From Planctomycetota bacterium (GTDB lineage Bacteria > Planctomycetota > UBA11346), in contig JBBREK010000001.1 in assembly GCA_038203025.1 (NCBI GenBank), forward strand, positions 6,165 to 70,164: DNA of 64,000 nt, given 5' to 3'. Under the pieces are notes generated by a model that was given only the letters and a program-made list of their open reading frames with translations, did not search any database and was not told where the DNA came from. The position numbers were made by a program, and so were the translations under genes. Below are positions 1 to 8,989 of the stretch, one piece after another (the first letter of the stretch is position 1; each line of letters opens with the position of its first letter).

Positions 1-746
1 CGCGTCAGGACAGCGCGCGCGGCTACCTCGGCAACGATTACGGCAACATGTACGGGCACGGCTTCGCCACCCTGTTCCTCGCCGAGTGCTACGGCATGGA
101 GCCAAACGAGCCGATTCGTCGCGCCCTGGAGGCGGCGATCGACCTGATCCACCGCAGCCAGAACGCCGAAGGCGGCTGGCGTTACCAGCCGGTGCCGGTC
201 GACGCCGACATCAGCGTGACCATCTGCCAGGTCATGGCCCTGCGTGCGGCATGGAACGCCGGCATTGGTGGTCAGGCCTCGGTCGACGCCAGCGCCCGCG
301 CCATCGCCTATGTGCGCCGCTGTGCCACCGGCCAGGGCGGCTTCAGCTACACCGCCAGCGGCGGTAGCTGGGGTACCGAGGGCCCCGAAGGCGTGCCGCG
401 CGCCGCCGCCGGCGCCATGAGTCTGATCGGTGCCGGCGTGCACGAGGCCGGCGATCCGCATCTCGGGCCTGCGTTGCGCTTCCTCCGCCGCCACGTCCCC
501 GCGCACCTCGCCAGTTCGAACTATTTCTGGTATGGCGAGTACTACGCTGCCCAGGCGATGTTCCACAGCCCCGAGAGCGAGGACTGGGATCGCTACTGGA
601 CCGTCGCCGCGCCGGCGATCGCCGCCCGCCAGGCCCCGGACGGTACCTGGCCTGGCCTCGAAGGCCCGGGAGCGGCCTACGGCACGGCCATGGCGCTGAT
701 CATCCTGCAGATCCCGAATCAGTATCTGCCGATCTTCCAGCGCTGA
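1..746 (+). CDS. C-terminal fragment of a prenyltransferase/squalene-oxidase-repeat (terpene-cyclase-like) protein; the gene starts upstream of the window.
   Basis: Frame 3 is open from base 3. The translation contains a QNAEGGWRY motif (QW-type repeat) and GGF/GGW repeats typical of this fold. It has a sensible hydrophobic composition. The opposite-strand ORFs are Arg/Gly-rich junk. Confidence 0.5.
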   Translation, partial: RQDSARGYLGNDYGNMYGHGFATLFLAECYGMEPNEPIRRALEAAIDLIHRSQNAEGGWRYQPVPVDADISVTICQVMALRAAWNAGIGGQASVDASARAIAYVRRCATGQGGFSYTASGGSWGTEGPEGVPRAAAGAMSLIGAGVHEAGDPHLGPALRFLRRHVPAHLASSNYFWYGEYYAAQAMFHSPESEDWDRYWTVAAPAIAARQAPDGTWPGLEGPGAAYGTAMALIILQIPNQYLPIFQR

Positions 747-802
747 ACCCCGTCCGCAGGGCGTCACCTGCGCCCGGCCGCGCTGTACCGCTGGTCCTTG
801 CT

Positions 803-2359
803 GTGCGGGCGTCTACGGCGTACATCATGGCCGTGATACCCCGCATCCTCTGCCTCGTCCTGGTCCTGTCCGCCGGCCTGTGCCGTGCTGGTGAGACCGC
901 GTCCGCGAACCCGCTTGATCAGGCCGAGATCGTCCTGCGCGTCCGCGATGGGCGCTGGGTCGACCGCGAGGCGACCCGTTTCGCCGCCGCCTACGGCAGC
1001 GATCTGGCAGGAGTGCGCGGCGAAATAGCCCGTGTCCTCTACCGCTCGACCAGCTTCGATGGGATCGATCTTGGTCGGCCGGCGCTGCTCGCCTGGCGTC
1101 CGGGCAAGTCGCCGCTGCTCGCCGCCATCCCGGTGACCAGCCGCGCCAAGTTCCTCACCGCCTTTGGCGCCGTCGAAGCCGAAGAACCCCCGTTGGTGCG
1201 TACCGGCGAACGCGAGGGCACGGTGATCTACCGTCAGAACCAGCCCGGCGGCGAATGGGAGTATCGCCTGCTGGTGGCCGGCAACATCGCCTTCCTTGCG
1301 CGCACCGCCGAGGAGTGCCGGCAACTCGCCATCGCCATCGGCACGCCAGCGGTCGATCCCTTCGCGCCGCCGGTCGAGCTGTCGCTCAGCGGCGAAGGCC
1401 TGAAGGCGCCGCGCCTGCCTGGCGCGAACTGGCTGGCGGCCCTGCCGGCGATGCCAGGCGACGGTGGGGAACTCACCGCCATTCCCGGTCTGCTGTCCGG
1501 GGCCTGGTCGTCGGTGGCGAATCAGGTGTCGGCGCTCAGCCTGTCGGCCTCGACCGACGTCGAGGGCCACCTGCTCATCAGTGCCAAACTCGTTGCCAAG
1601 CCGGACGGGCTTCTGGCGGCCTGGATCGGCGCCCAGCGCCCTGGCACCGAACGGCTGGCCGGCCAGCTGCGGCGGCCCGGCACGGCCATGCTCATCACCG
1701 GCCGCCTGACCTTCCAGGGCCAGCTGGAGCGCTGGGCCTTCGAGCAGGCCGAGCTGCTGCGCACCGCCGCCGGGGCGCGCTGGACCGACGCCGCCGACGG
1801 CGCCTTCCGCAGCCTGTGCACCCTGGTCGAGCGCACCGGCGCCGTCGCCGTGGCGGTCGAGCGCGTCGGTCCTGGCCTGCTCCAGTCCTGGGTTGCCGAG
1901 CACCCGCGCGCCATCGAGGTGGTGCAGTCGGTGGCGGTGCTGGCCGGAGTGCTGCGCGGTGCAGATGCGCAGACCATCAAGCTGGCCGATCGGCCGGCGT
2001 TCAGCCTGCCGCCTGCCGGCGGCGCTGGCGCCAGCTACTGCCTGGCCGGCGACCGCCACGCCGTCCGTGTCGATGACCACGGCGCCAAGCGCGGAGCCGC
2101 TGCCGCCGGTGAGGTGCTCGCCCGGCTCGAAGACCCAGGCAGCCTCGATGCCGCCCCGTCGTTGGCCGCGTTGTGGATGGATCTCGGTCTGGCGTGGAAC
2201 GTCCCTGCCCCGGCCGACGGCGTACCGGTCGCTCCGGTGATCGTCACCGGCACACTGCGCGCCCCCGCACCGGGCCAGCTGGCCTGCACGGCCGAGGTGC
2301 CGCTGTCGGCGCTGGGCAAGCTGCTCGGCCGCCTGAACAAGCCCATCCGCAATGACTGA
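803..2359 (+). CDS. Secreted hypothetical protein, about 510 aa, with an N-terminal signal peptide.
   Basis: A hydrophobic leader MAVIPRILCLVLVLSAGLCRAGE follows an alternative start at 830. The protein composition is balanced. The longer antisense ORF 764..2500 is Q/R/G-rich junk. The 3' end overlaps the hemH start by 8 bp. Confidence 0.5.
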   Translation: MRASTAYIMAVIPRILCLVLVLSAGLCRAGETASANPLDQAEIVLRVRDGRWVDREATRFAAAYGSDLAGVRGEIARVLYRSTSFDGIDLGRPALLAWRPGKSPLLAAIPVTSRAKFLTAFGAVEAEEPPLVRTGEREGTVIYRQNQPGGEWEYRLLVAGNIAFLARTAEECRQLAIAIGTPAVDPFAPPVELSLSGEGLKAPRLPGANWLAALPAMPGDGGELTAIPGLLSGAWSSVANQVSALSLSASTDVEGHLLISAKLVAKPDGLLAAWIGAQRPGTERLAGQLRRPGTAMLITGRLTFQGQLERWAFEQAELLRTAAGARWTDAADGAFRSLCTLVERTGAVAVAVERVGPGLLQSWVAEHPRAIEVVQSVAVLAGVLRGADAQTIKLADRPAFSLPPAGGAGASYCLAGDRHAVRVDDHGAKRGAAAAGEVLARLEDPGSLDAAPSLAALWMDLGLAWNVPAPADGVPVAPVIVTGTLRAPAPGQLACTAEVPLSALGKLLGRLNKPIRND

Positions 2360-3275
2360 TGGGGTGCTGGTCGCCGGATTCGGCGGCCCGCAGGCGGGCT
2401 GCTGCGGCCGACGCAGCGACTGCGACCGCGCTCCCGGTTGCGAGGCAACCTGCTTTGTCTCTGGCATCCTCAACGACGATCCGGCGCAGGCCGGGCGCAT
2501 CGCCGAGGTGGTCTCCCACTACCGCCACTTCGGCGGCTACAGTCCGTACAACCGCCTGGCTGCCGCCCAGGCCGACGCCCTGCGTGCCGAACTCGTTCGG
2601 CGCGGCCGTCGGGTGCGGCTAGAGCTCGGCTTCCGCCACTGGTCGCCGTGGATCGGCCAGGCCTGCGAACGGCTGGCCGACTGTACGCGCATTGTCGGGC
2701 TGATCCTGGCGCCGCACGCGGCGGGCCGCTCGACCGACCTCTACCGCTCTGCCGCTGCGCGCGCCGACATCCGTTGGGCTGGTCCCTACCACGCCCACCC
2801 CGGTCTGGCGGCCGCGGTCGCCGACCGTCTGCGCCAGGCGACCCTCGGCTGGGGCGCCGAGCGTCTGGATCGCGCCGCCCTGCTGTTCACCGCGCACGCC
2901 ATCCCGCAGCCGGCCGAGCGTGCCAGCGGCTATCGCGAGCTGGTCGCGGCCAGCGCCGCGCTCGCCGCCACCGCCTTCGGCAAGCCGACGCATCGCATCG
3001 TCTACCAGAGCGCGCCGGTGGACCGCCGCGTGCCCTGGTCGGCGCCGCAGATCTCGGAAATGCTCGCCGAGCTGCGCGCCGCCGGCGTCGAGGACGTGCT
3101 GCTGCAGCCGATCGGTTTCCTCGTCGACCACATCGAGGTGCTCTACGACCTCGACGTCGACGCCCAGCTGACCGCCGCCCGCCTCGGTCTGCGCCTGACC
3201 CGCGCCGCCACCGTCGGCGACCATCCGGCGTTCATCGCCGGCCTGGCAGATACGGTCGAAGAAGCGTTGGGGTAG
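2352..3275 (+). CDS. hemH: Ferrochelatase.
   Basis: Contains the ferrochelatase signature GFLVDHIEVLYDLD, and the 307-aa length is typical. Confidence 0.85.
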   Translation: MTDGVLVAGFGGPQAGCCGRRSDCDRAPGCEATCFVSGILNDDPAQAGRIAEVVSHYRHFGGYSPYNRLAAAQADALRAELVRRGRRVRLELGFRHWSPWIGQACERLADCTRIVGLILAPHAAGRSTDLYRSAAARADIRWAGPYHAHPGLAAAVADRLRQATLGWGAERLDRAALLFTAHAIPQPAERASGYRELVAASAALAATAFGKPTHRIVYQSAPVDRRVPWSAPQISEMLAELRAAGVEDVLLQPIGFLVDHIEVLYDLDVDAQLTAARLGLRLTRAATVGDHPAFIAGLADTVEEALG

Positions 3276-3282
3276 TTGGCCG

Positions 3283-3399
3283 AGTTGGCCACAGAGGCAC
3301 GGAGATCCACAGAGGGCCACAGAGCCGGCAGATTGGGATACGGGAGGCAGGATTGGCCGACTACTGACCAATGAATCTGCCCTATGTCTTTCTCTGTGG
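3283..3399. terminator. Structured convergent-terminator region. It has the octamer CCACAGAG three times (3289, 3307, 3317) and an inverted copy CTCTGTGG (3392-3399), plus a GGCAGATT/AATCTGCC stem.
   Basis: The repeats were read directly. The region lies between the hemH stop (3275) and the menE stop (3411) and is locally AT-richer. Confidence 0.35.
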
Positions 3400-3410
3400 C
3401 AAGATCGACG

Positions 3411-4658
3411 TTATCCGAACCACGTCCTCACTATGTGGCGCTGCCTTTTGCCCAAAGCCGTGCGTGGCAGGGCGGGGACGATCAGCCAGCGACGCGGGCG
3501 CTTGAAGCCGGCGAGGCGAGGTTGCAGCCAGGCGTCGAGGGCAGCAGGGTCTAGACCGTCCTGCACCACCACCACGGCGGCGGCAACCATCTCGCCCCAG
3601 GTCGCGTCGGGCAGTCCGACGACGCAGGCCTCCGCAACCAGCGGGTGCTGCTGCAGCACCGCCTCGACCTCCGGGGCGGCGACGTTCTCGCCGCCGCTGA
3701 TGATCAACTCGGCGGCCCGGCCAATGATGCGCAGACGGGTGTCTCGCAGCTCGCCAAGATCGCCGGTGGTGTGCCAGGTCGGGGCTGGTTCCAACTTGCC
3801 GTCGACCTCGTAGCCGTCGAAGCACATCGGCCCACCAACCAGGATGCGCCCGTCATCGATCCGGACCTGTGCGGTGGGCACGGGCAAGCCATCGAGCGTC
3901 ACCATGCTGCCCATCTCGGTCAGGCCGTAGGTCTCGCGCACTGGCCAGCCCAGTCGTCGGGCCGCTGCTGCCACGGCCGCATCCAGCGGGCCCCCGCCGA
4001 TCAGCGCGTGCTGCAGTCGCGGGGGCGGCGGGGTGCCGGCTGCAACCAGCCGGGCGAGCATGGTCGGCACCAGGCTGGCGCCGGTGGCGTCCGCTCCGGG
4101 CGCGGCCTCCAGGTCGACGGCGCCGCCGCAGGCCAGGGCGCGCAACGTCGCCATGATGCCGCCGACGTGATCGAGCGGCAGCGGCAGCGACCAGTGATCC
4201 GCCGCGTTGAGGCCGAGGGCGGCGACGTGCGCGGCCACCGCTGCCGCGATCGCTGATCGGCCCAGGCGCACTGCGCGCGGCGCGCCGGTGGTGCCGGAGG
4301 TGAACAGGACAAGGGCGCCGCTGATTGGGCCGACGGTTCCGACCGGACCGGCGAAGACTGGCGGCATGGCCACGGTCGGGACGGCCTCGGCCAATGGGTG
4401 CGTGGGATCGGCGATGGTCAGTCGTACGGCGGTACGGGCATGCAGGGTACGCAGCTCAGCGATGGTCAGTCGACGGTTGAGCGGCACCACGGTCAAGCCA
4501 AGGCGCAGGGCCGCCGCCAGCAGCTGCACGGTGGCTGGCGTGTTGAGACCGCCGAGGGCGATGCGGTCGCCGGCGTTCAGGCCGTGATTGCGCAGCCAGA
4601 CCGTCGCCGCCGCCTCGCCTGGCCAGGCCCAGCCGTCGTCATGGCGCAGCGGCCTCAC
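3411..4658 (-). CDS. menE: o-Succinylbenzoate-CoA ligase (AMP-binding enzyme).
   Basis: Adenylate-forming motifs are present (LFTSGTTGAPRAV, TYGLTEMG, GDLGELRD..IIGRAAELIISGGENV). The only plausible start is the GTG at 4658, which overlaps the menC stop as GTGA. The ORF-track N-terminal extension to 5267 is Arg-rich antisense junk. Confidence 0.7.
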   Translation of the reverse strand: MRPLRHDDGWAWPGEAAATVWLRNHGLNAGDRIALGGLNTPATVQLLAAALRLGLTVVPLNRRLTIAELRTLHARTAVRLTIADPTHPLAEAVPTVAMPPVFAGPVGTVGPISGALVLFTSGTTGAPRAVRLGRSAIAAAVAAHVAALGLNAADHWSLPLPLDHVGGIMATLRALACGGAVDLEAAPGADATGASLVPTMLARLVAAGTPPPPRLQHALIGGGPLDAAVAAAARRLGWPVRETYGLTEMGSMVTLDGLPVPTAQVRIDDGRILVGGPMCFDGYEVDGKLEPAPTWHTTGDLGELRDTRLRIIGRAAELIISGGENVAAPEVEAVLQQHPLVAEACVVGLPDATWGEMVAAAVVVVQDGLDPAALDAWLQPRLAGFKRPRRWLIVPALPRTALGKRQRHIVRTWFG

Positions 4659-5572
4659 GGCGTTACCGCAAAGCCGAGGCCGGGTCCGTCGATATGGGCG
4701 GGATCGAAGTCGCCGACGTCGCGCGCCAGCAGCCCGCCGGTGGCCAGGCCGTGTGGTCCGGGCAGGCCGAGATGCAGGGCGAGGTGGGCGGCGTGGGCGC
4801 GCTCGACCGCGCTGCCCAGGGCCGAGGACAGCACTACCTCCAGGCCAGCGAGGCGCGCCAGCGTGGTCAGTGCCGTGGTCGCGGCCCAGCCGCCGAGCCA
4901 GTTCGGCTTCAGTACGATCACGTCGCAGGCTCCGGCGGCGATGGCTCGGGCCAGGTCGTCCTGGCCGCGTATCGACTCGTCGAGGGCGATGCGCAGGCCG
5001 GCGCGGCGCAGTTCGGCGCAACCGGCGAGATCGCCGGCCGGCAGGGGCTGCTCGACGTAGTCGACCAGACGGCCGGCGAGGCGGGCGAAGGCGTGTGCCC
5101 CGGCGCGGTCCCAGGCGCCGTTGGCATCCAGGCGCAGCCGCAGGCCGGGCTCGCGGGCGAGCAGTCCGCGCACGCGTGCGGCGTCGGCCGGTGGATCGCC
5201 GCTGCTCTTCAGTTTCACCGTGCCGCCGCCGAGGGCCTCGCTGTCGCCGGTGGCCAGGCGATTGCATGCGACGGCTCCAGCGCAGCCGGCCAGGGGACTG
5301 CCGGCCTGACGGGCAGCGTGATCACGGCGCGCGCCCTCGACCGCGGCCAGGGCGCAGGGCGTGGCCATGCCTGGTTCGCCGCCAGCGACGGCACGCTCAA
5401 GGGCAAGCTCGCAGCGTTCCGGTGCCTCGCCGCCGTAGCCGGGCAGCGGGGCTGCCTCGCCCCAGCCATAGCCGATTGAGACCAGCCAGACGGTGCGCTC
5501 AGCAATGGTGCCCAGGGCGGTACGCAGCGGGATGCGCAGCGGTAGGCGCAGCCGGTGCACGCGTGGGATCAC
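4655..5572 (-). CDS. menC: o-Succinylbenzoate synthase (enolase superfamily).
   Basis: Has a VKLK motif, an LRLDANGAW metal-ligand region and EQP. It lies between menA and menE with 4-bp overlaps. Confidence 0.8.
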   Translation of the reverse strand: MIPRVHRLRLPLRIPLRTALGTIAERTVWLVSIGYGWGEAAPLPGYGGEAPERCELALERAVAGGEPGMATPCALAAVEGARRDHAARQAGSPLAGCAGAVACNRLATGDSEALGGGTVKLKSSGDPPADAARVRGLLAREPGLRLRLDANGAWDRAGAHAFARLAGRLVDYVEQPLPAGDLAGCAELRRAGLRIALDESIRGQDDLARAIAAGACDVIVLKPNWLGGWAATTALTTLARLAGLEVVLSSALGSAVERAHAAHLALHLGLPGPHGLATGGLLARDVGDFDPAHIDGPGLGFAVTP

Positions 5573-6438
5573 GGCCAGTGCGCCAGCCCGGCGACGGCGG
5601 TGCCGGCGGTGAGCAGCTGGACCAGGGCAGCCAGTCCGAGGCAGCGGTTGAGCTCACGGCCACGGCTGGTCCACACCATCGCGGTCAGGGCCAGGCCGCC
5701 GACCAGCGCGACGCCGGCGGCATCGGGGCAGCCGGCCAGCCACCAGGCGGTGATCGCCGCGGCATGCAGTCCCGTATGGTAGATGCGGGTGCCGCGGTCG
5801 CCCAGTCGCACCGCCAGGGTGCGCTTGCCGGTGGCGGCATCGGTGCGCAGGTCGCGCAGGTTGTTGATCGCGATCAGCACGGTGGCCTGCAGCCCCACTG
5901 CGACCGCGGCCGCCCACCAGCCCGGGGCCAGGGGCCAGTGTGGGGCCTGCACCCAGGCCGCGCCGAGCACGGCGACCAGGCCGAAGAAGACCAGGACGAA
6001 GGCGTCGCCGAGGCCGAGGTAGGCCAGCGGCGCCGGCCCAAGAGTGTAGGCCAGCGCCGCGATGACGCTGGCGGCGCCGACCAGCCACAACTGCCAACCG
6101 CTTTGGCTTGCCAGCCAGCCCCCGATCCCGCTTGCCAACAGCAGCACGACGGCTGCGCCGACAAGCATCGCGTGTGGCGTGATCAGGCCGCTGGCGACGG
6201 CGCGCGGCGGACCAAGGCGGTCGGGTGTGTCGGCCCCACGCAGGGTGTCGCCGGCGTCATTGGCGAAATTACAACCGATCTGCAGCAGTATCGCCCCGGC
6301 CAGACAGCCCACTGCCAGGTCCAGGCGCCACGGGCCAGCGGTCGCGGCCAGGGCGGTACCCACCGCCACCGGTGCGAGGGCGGCAGCCAGCGTCTTGGGT
6401 CGGGTGGCCATCAGCCAGGCACGCAGCATGCGTGCCAT
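5569..6438 (-). CDS. menA: 1,4-Dihydroxy-2-naphthoate polyprenyltransferase (UbiA family).
   Basis: Polytopic membrane protein with the UbiA-type Asp-rich motifs (NFANDAGDTLRG, INNLRDLRTD). Its stop overlaps the menC start (ATGA). Confidence 0.8.
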   Translation of the reverse strand: MARMLRAWLMATRPKTLAAALAPVAVGTALAATAGPWRLDLAVGCLAGAILLQIGCNFANDAGDTLRGADTPDRLGPPRAVASGLITPHAMLVGAAVVLLLASGIGGWLASQSGWQLWLVGAASVIAALAYTLGPAPLAYLGLGDAFVLVFFGLVAVLGAAWVQAPHWPLAPGWWAAAVAVGLQATVLIAINNLRDLRTDAATGKRTLAVRLGDRGTRIYHTGLHAAAITAWWLAGCPDAAGVALVGGLALTAMVWTSRGRELNRCLGLAALVQLLTAGTAVAGLAHWP

Positions 6439-6491
6439 GCTCTGCGGCCCGGCCGGCCCGCAACTTGCGTGCCCGGCACCGGCTCGCGAGC

Positions 6492-7085
6492 ATGCCAGCC
6501 ATGCAGCATGACCTGAACCGCATCGCCAACTGCTGCGGTGTGCTCTTCCGCCGGACCTCTGCCGGCATCATCCACCACGCCACGGCCTGGAGCGTCGGCC
6601 CAGGCGAATGGGTTTCGGCGTGGCCCGGTGACGAGCCCGAGGATCCGGTCGACGGCCTGCGCATGATGCTCACCCGTGACGGCAGCGAGCACGCGGTCAG
6701 CGGCTGGGAGTACGACGGCGGCATGCTCGGCCTGGTCGGCCCCGACGTCGGTGCCGTGCTGCCGGTGCACCCTGACGGCGCCGCGCTGCACAAGCGCGAC
6801 CGCCTCTTTGCCCTCGGCTATCCCGACATGATCGACCACCCGTCGATCCGCCTGGCCCGCCGCGAGCTGACCCCCGAGCTGTACTTCCCCTATCTGTGCC
6901 CGTGGAGCATGCAGGGCCACCTCTGCCTGTTCACCAGCCAGGACGGCTTCCTCACCGGCCGCTGCTATCCCGGCATGGCCGGCGCCCCGGTCTTGGCCGA
7001 GGACGGCACCGTGGTCGGCGTCCTGCTCGGCGGCGACGCCAGCCCGGACCACCCGCCGCTCAGCCGCTTCCGCCGCCTGGCGTAG
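6492..7085 (+). CDS. Hypothetical protein with a trypsin-like C-terminal motif in which the catalytic Ser is replaced (CYPGMAGAPVL); a possible pseudo-protease.
   Basis: The ORF-track start at 6225 overlaps menA, so the ATG at 6492 or 6501 was chosen. The GxxGxP..L..G..VG pattern resembles the chymotrypsin-fold GDSGGP box, but with M-A in place of D-S. Confidence 0.4.
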   Translation: MPAMQHDLNRIANCCGVLFRRTSAGIIHHATAWSVGPGEWVSAWPGDEPEDPVDGLRMMLTRDGSEHAVSGWEYDGGMLGLVGPDVGAVLPVHPDGAALHKRDRLFALGYPDMIDHPSIRLARRELTPELYFPYLCPWSMQGHLCLFTSQDGFLTGRCYPGMAGAPVLAEDGTVVGVLLGGDASPDHPPLSRFRRLA

Positions 7086-7090
7086 TCCCC

Positions 7091-7137
7091 CGTAGCACCG
7101 GCTTTAGCCGGCCCGGCCGGCGGGCTTCAGCCCGCCG
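7091..7137. repeat. REP-like twin-hairpin element, copy 1 (CGTAGCACCGGCTTTAGCCGG-CCCGG-CCGGCGGGCTTCAGCCCGCCG).
   Basis: Two perfect stems: CCGGC-TTTA-GCCGG and CGGCGGGC-TTCA-GCCCGCCG. A second copy lies at 56301..56347. The element sits between convergent gene ends, and the TAA stop of the GT2 gene lies in the loop of hairpin 1. Confidence 0.5.
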
Positions 7138-7871
7138 AACAGCTGCATTCCTGTCCATGCGACAGCTGTCCACAGCACATGCAGCACGGTTGCCGGATTC
7201 CCCCGCCCATGCCGGCTGGCGAACCAGCGCAGATAGCGCAGCCGCACTGCCAATGGCGGCCGCTGTCCACCGACCGCCCGATGGTGCGCCCGCAGTCCGC
7301 TGGCGAAGCGCAGGCGGAAGCCCGCCCGGTGCAGCCGCCAGCAGAAATCCCGATCCTCGCCCAGGGCATAGCCCGGCATCCGTGCATCGAACCCGCCCAC
7401 CGCCAGTGCCGCCGCACGCCTGACCGCGAAGCAGCAGCCGAACAGCTCGCGCGTCGGACGATCGCAGCGCCGGCTGGTCAGTCGCCGCGCATCGCGCAGG
7501 CAACCCAGATGCAGCAGGCGATGCAGCCGCCGCGCCCACCCCCCGCGTGTCTCGATCACCGGCCCCCAGGCGGCGAACTCCGGCTCAGCCGCTGCAAGCT
7601 CCAGGATACGCTGACCGAGATCGGGCGCGACGTCGGTATCGTCATCAAGAAACAGCACGATCTCCGCGTCGGTCGAGGCCAGCAGCACATTGCGCGCCGC
7701 AGGTAGGCCGGCGAGGTCAGGGCGATGCAGGACGCTGACACCCGGGTGCGAAAACGGTACGGGGGACTGGTCGCAGATGACCAGGAGACCGTGGCAGGAT
7801 TGCAGCGAGGGCAGGGAGCGTGCCATCTCCTGGTTGCGATTCTTCGTCGGAATGGCGAAGATGAGACTCAT
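7104..7871 (-). CDS. Glycosyltransferase family 2.
   Basis: Has an N-terminal IFAIPTKNRNQE..SL motif, a DDD motif (LFLDDDTDV) and GGFD..YALGEDRDFCWRL. The start was placed at the ATG that overlaps the upstream stop as ATGA. Confidence 0.7.
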   Translation of the reverse strand: MSLIFAIPTKNRNQEMARSLPSLQSCHGLLVICDQSPVPFSHPGVSVLHRPDLAGLPAARNVLLASTDAEIVLFLDDDTDVAPDLGQRILELAAAEPEFAAWGPVIETRGGWARRLHRLLHLGCLRDARRLTSRRCDRPTRELFGCCFAVRRAAALAVGGFDARMPGYALGEDRDFCWRLHRAGFRLRFASGLRAHHRAVGGQRPPLAVRLRYLRWFASRHGRGNPATVLHVLWTAVAWTGMQLFGGLKPAGRAG

Positions 7872-8989
7872 GGGATCATACTGCGGGCAATGCGCAGGTA
7901 CTCCGGTAGCTTGCAGCTCCAATCCAACCGTGTTTCGGCGAAGCGGCGGAGCGACTCCGCAGCGTTGGCGGGAAGAGCGGCGGCGAACTCGACGATTGCC
8001 GTTGGATCCAGCGCGTCGTCGCCTCCTTGCAGCTGCAGCACCCCAGGCAGGCCGGTGGGCAGGTCCGGATCATCGTAGGCATAGATGAATGGCAGCCCGC
8101 GCGCTGCGTATTCCCTGGACTTTATCGGACAGGCCTGACGCAACCCGGCCCTATGCAGGGCCAGGGAGGCGATGCCGAGGTGGGCTTCCGCGAGTGTGCG
8201 GTCCAGATCGGCGGGCGTCTGCTGACCCAGATTGGTGACCGAGTAGTGCGGACCATTTTCGTCTGGCAGGTGGGATCTGCCGGCGATCCGCAGATTGATG
8301 CGGTGCGGGCCACGGAAGGAGCGCAGGCCGGTGACGAGGCGGTCCAGGCCATGCCAAGGAGCTTCGGTGCCGAGCGCCGCCACGATGTCGAGGTCTCCGC
8401 CGGCGAAGCGCCGCCGCCCACGGAAAGGTGTCCCGTGGCAGTCCACCCCATTGCTGCACCACGCCGTCGGCAGGCCAGGAGCAGCACGGGAAAGCGAGGC
8501 GCTGATCTCCGGCGTGACGCCGACGGCGCCGGCGATATGCCGAAGATAGATGGGCAGTAATGCATCGGCGAAGCGGTCCCAGGGTCGGGCTGATGTCGAC
8601 CCGCGGCGGGCAGCCCGCTCGCTGACCGGGTCGCTGTGATGCTCGCTGATGATGCGCGTCCCCCACCGTTGCAGGAACCAAGGCAGGGACAGGTCGGCTG
8701 TACCGGCGTGACGCAAGATGCAGCGCCGGGTCCCTTGCGGGATAGATCCGCCGATCCAGTGGTGTCGCCAGAGCCGCGATCCCAGCAGCCATCCTGGCGA
8801 GCCGCCGCACTCCAGCCAGGTGAGGCCAGGACTGGACGGCAGATCTGCGCCGCTGACCACGAGGAAGTGTATCGGGCAACCGCTGCGGATGGCGGCCGCG
8901 CCCTGCTGGCGCAGCTTGCCTATGATGCCGGGCCACGGGTCTGGGCGGGGCATCCAGGTCATATGGAGCACCCCATCGGACGTGTTCAT
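7868..8989 (-). CDS. Glycosyltransferase, GT1 fold (GT4-like).
   Basis: The C-terminal region KSREYAARGLPFIYAYDD resembles the GT4 nucleotide-binding half. It overlaps both neighbours by 4 bp. Confidence 0.55.
   Translation of the reverse strand: MNTSDGVLHMTWMPRPDPWPGIIGKLRQQGAAAIRSGCPIHFLVVSGADLPSSPGLTWLECGGSPGWLLGSRLWRHHWIGGSIPQGTRRCILRHAGTADLSLPWFLQRWGTRIISEHHSDPVSERAARRGSTSARPWDRFADALLPIYLRHIAGAVGVTPEISASLSRAAPGLPTAWCSNGVDCHGTPFRGRRRFAGGDLDIVAALGTEAPWHGLDRLVTGLRSFRGPHRINLRIAGRSHLPDENGPHYSVTNLGQQTPADLDRTLAEAHLGIASLALHRAGLRQACPIKSREYAARGLPFIYAYDDPDLPTGLPGVLQLQGGDDALDPTAIVEFAAALPANAAESLRRFAETRLDWSCKLPEYLRIARSMIP

Noticed and set aside
764-2500. A 578-aa minus-strand ORF that is longer than the plus-strand gene I called.
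   Set aside because: Its translation is R/G/Q/A-rich with no hydrophobic core or motifs, which is the typical antisense shadow of a high-GC gene. The plus-strand product has a signal peptide and a balanced composition.
3411-5267. A 618-aa menE ORF-track call implying a fused or extended MenE.
   Set aside because: The N-terminal 200 codons run antisense and out of frame across menC and are Arg-rich. The true start is most likely the GTG at 4658.
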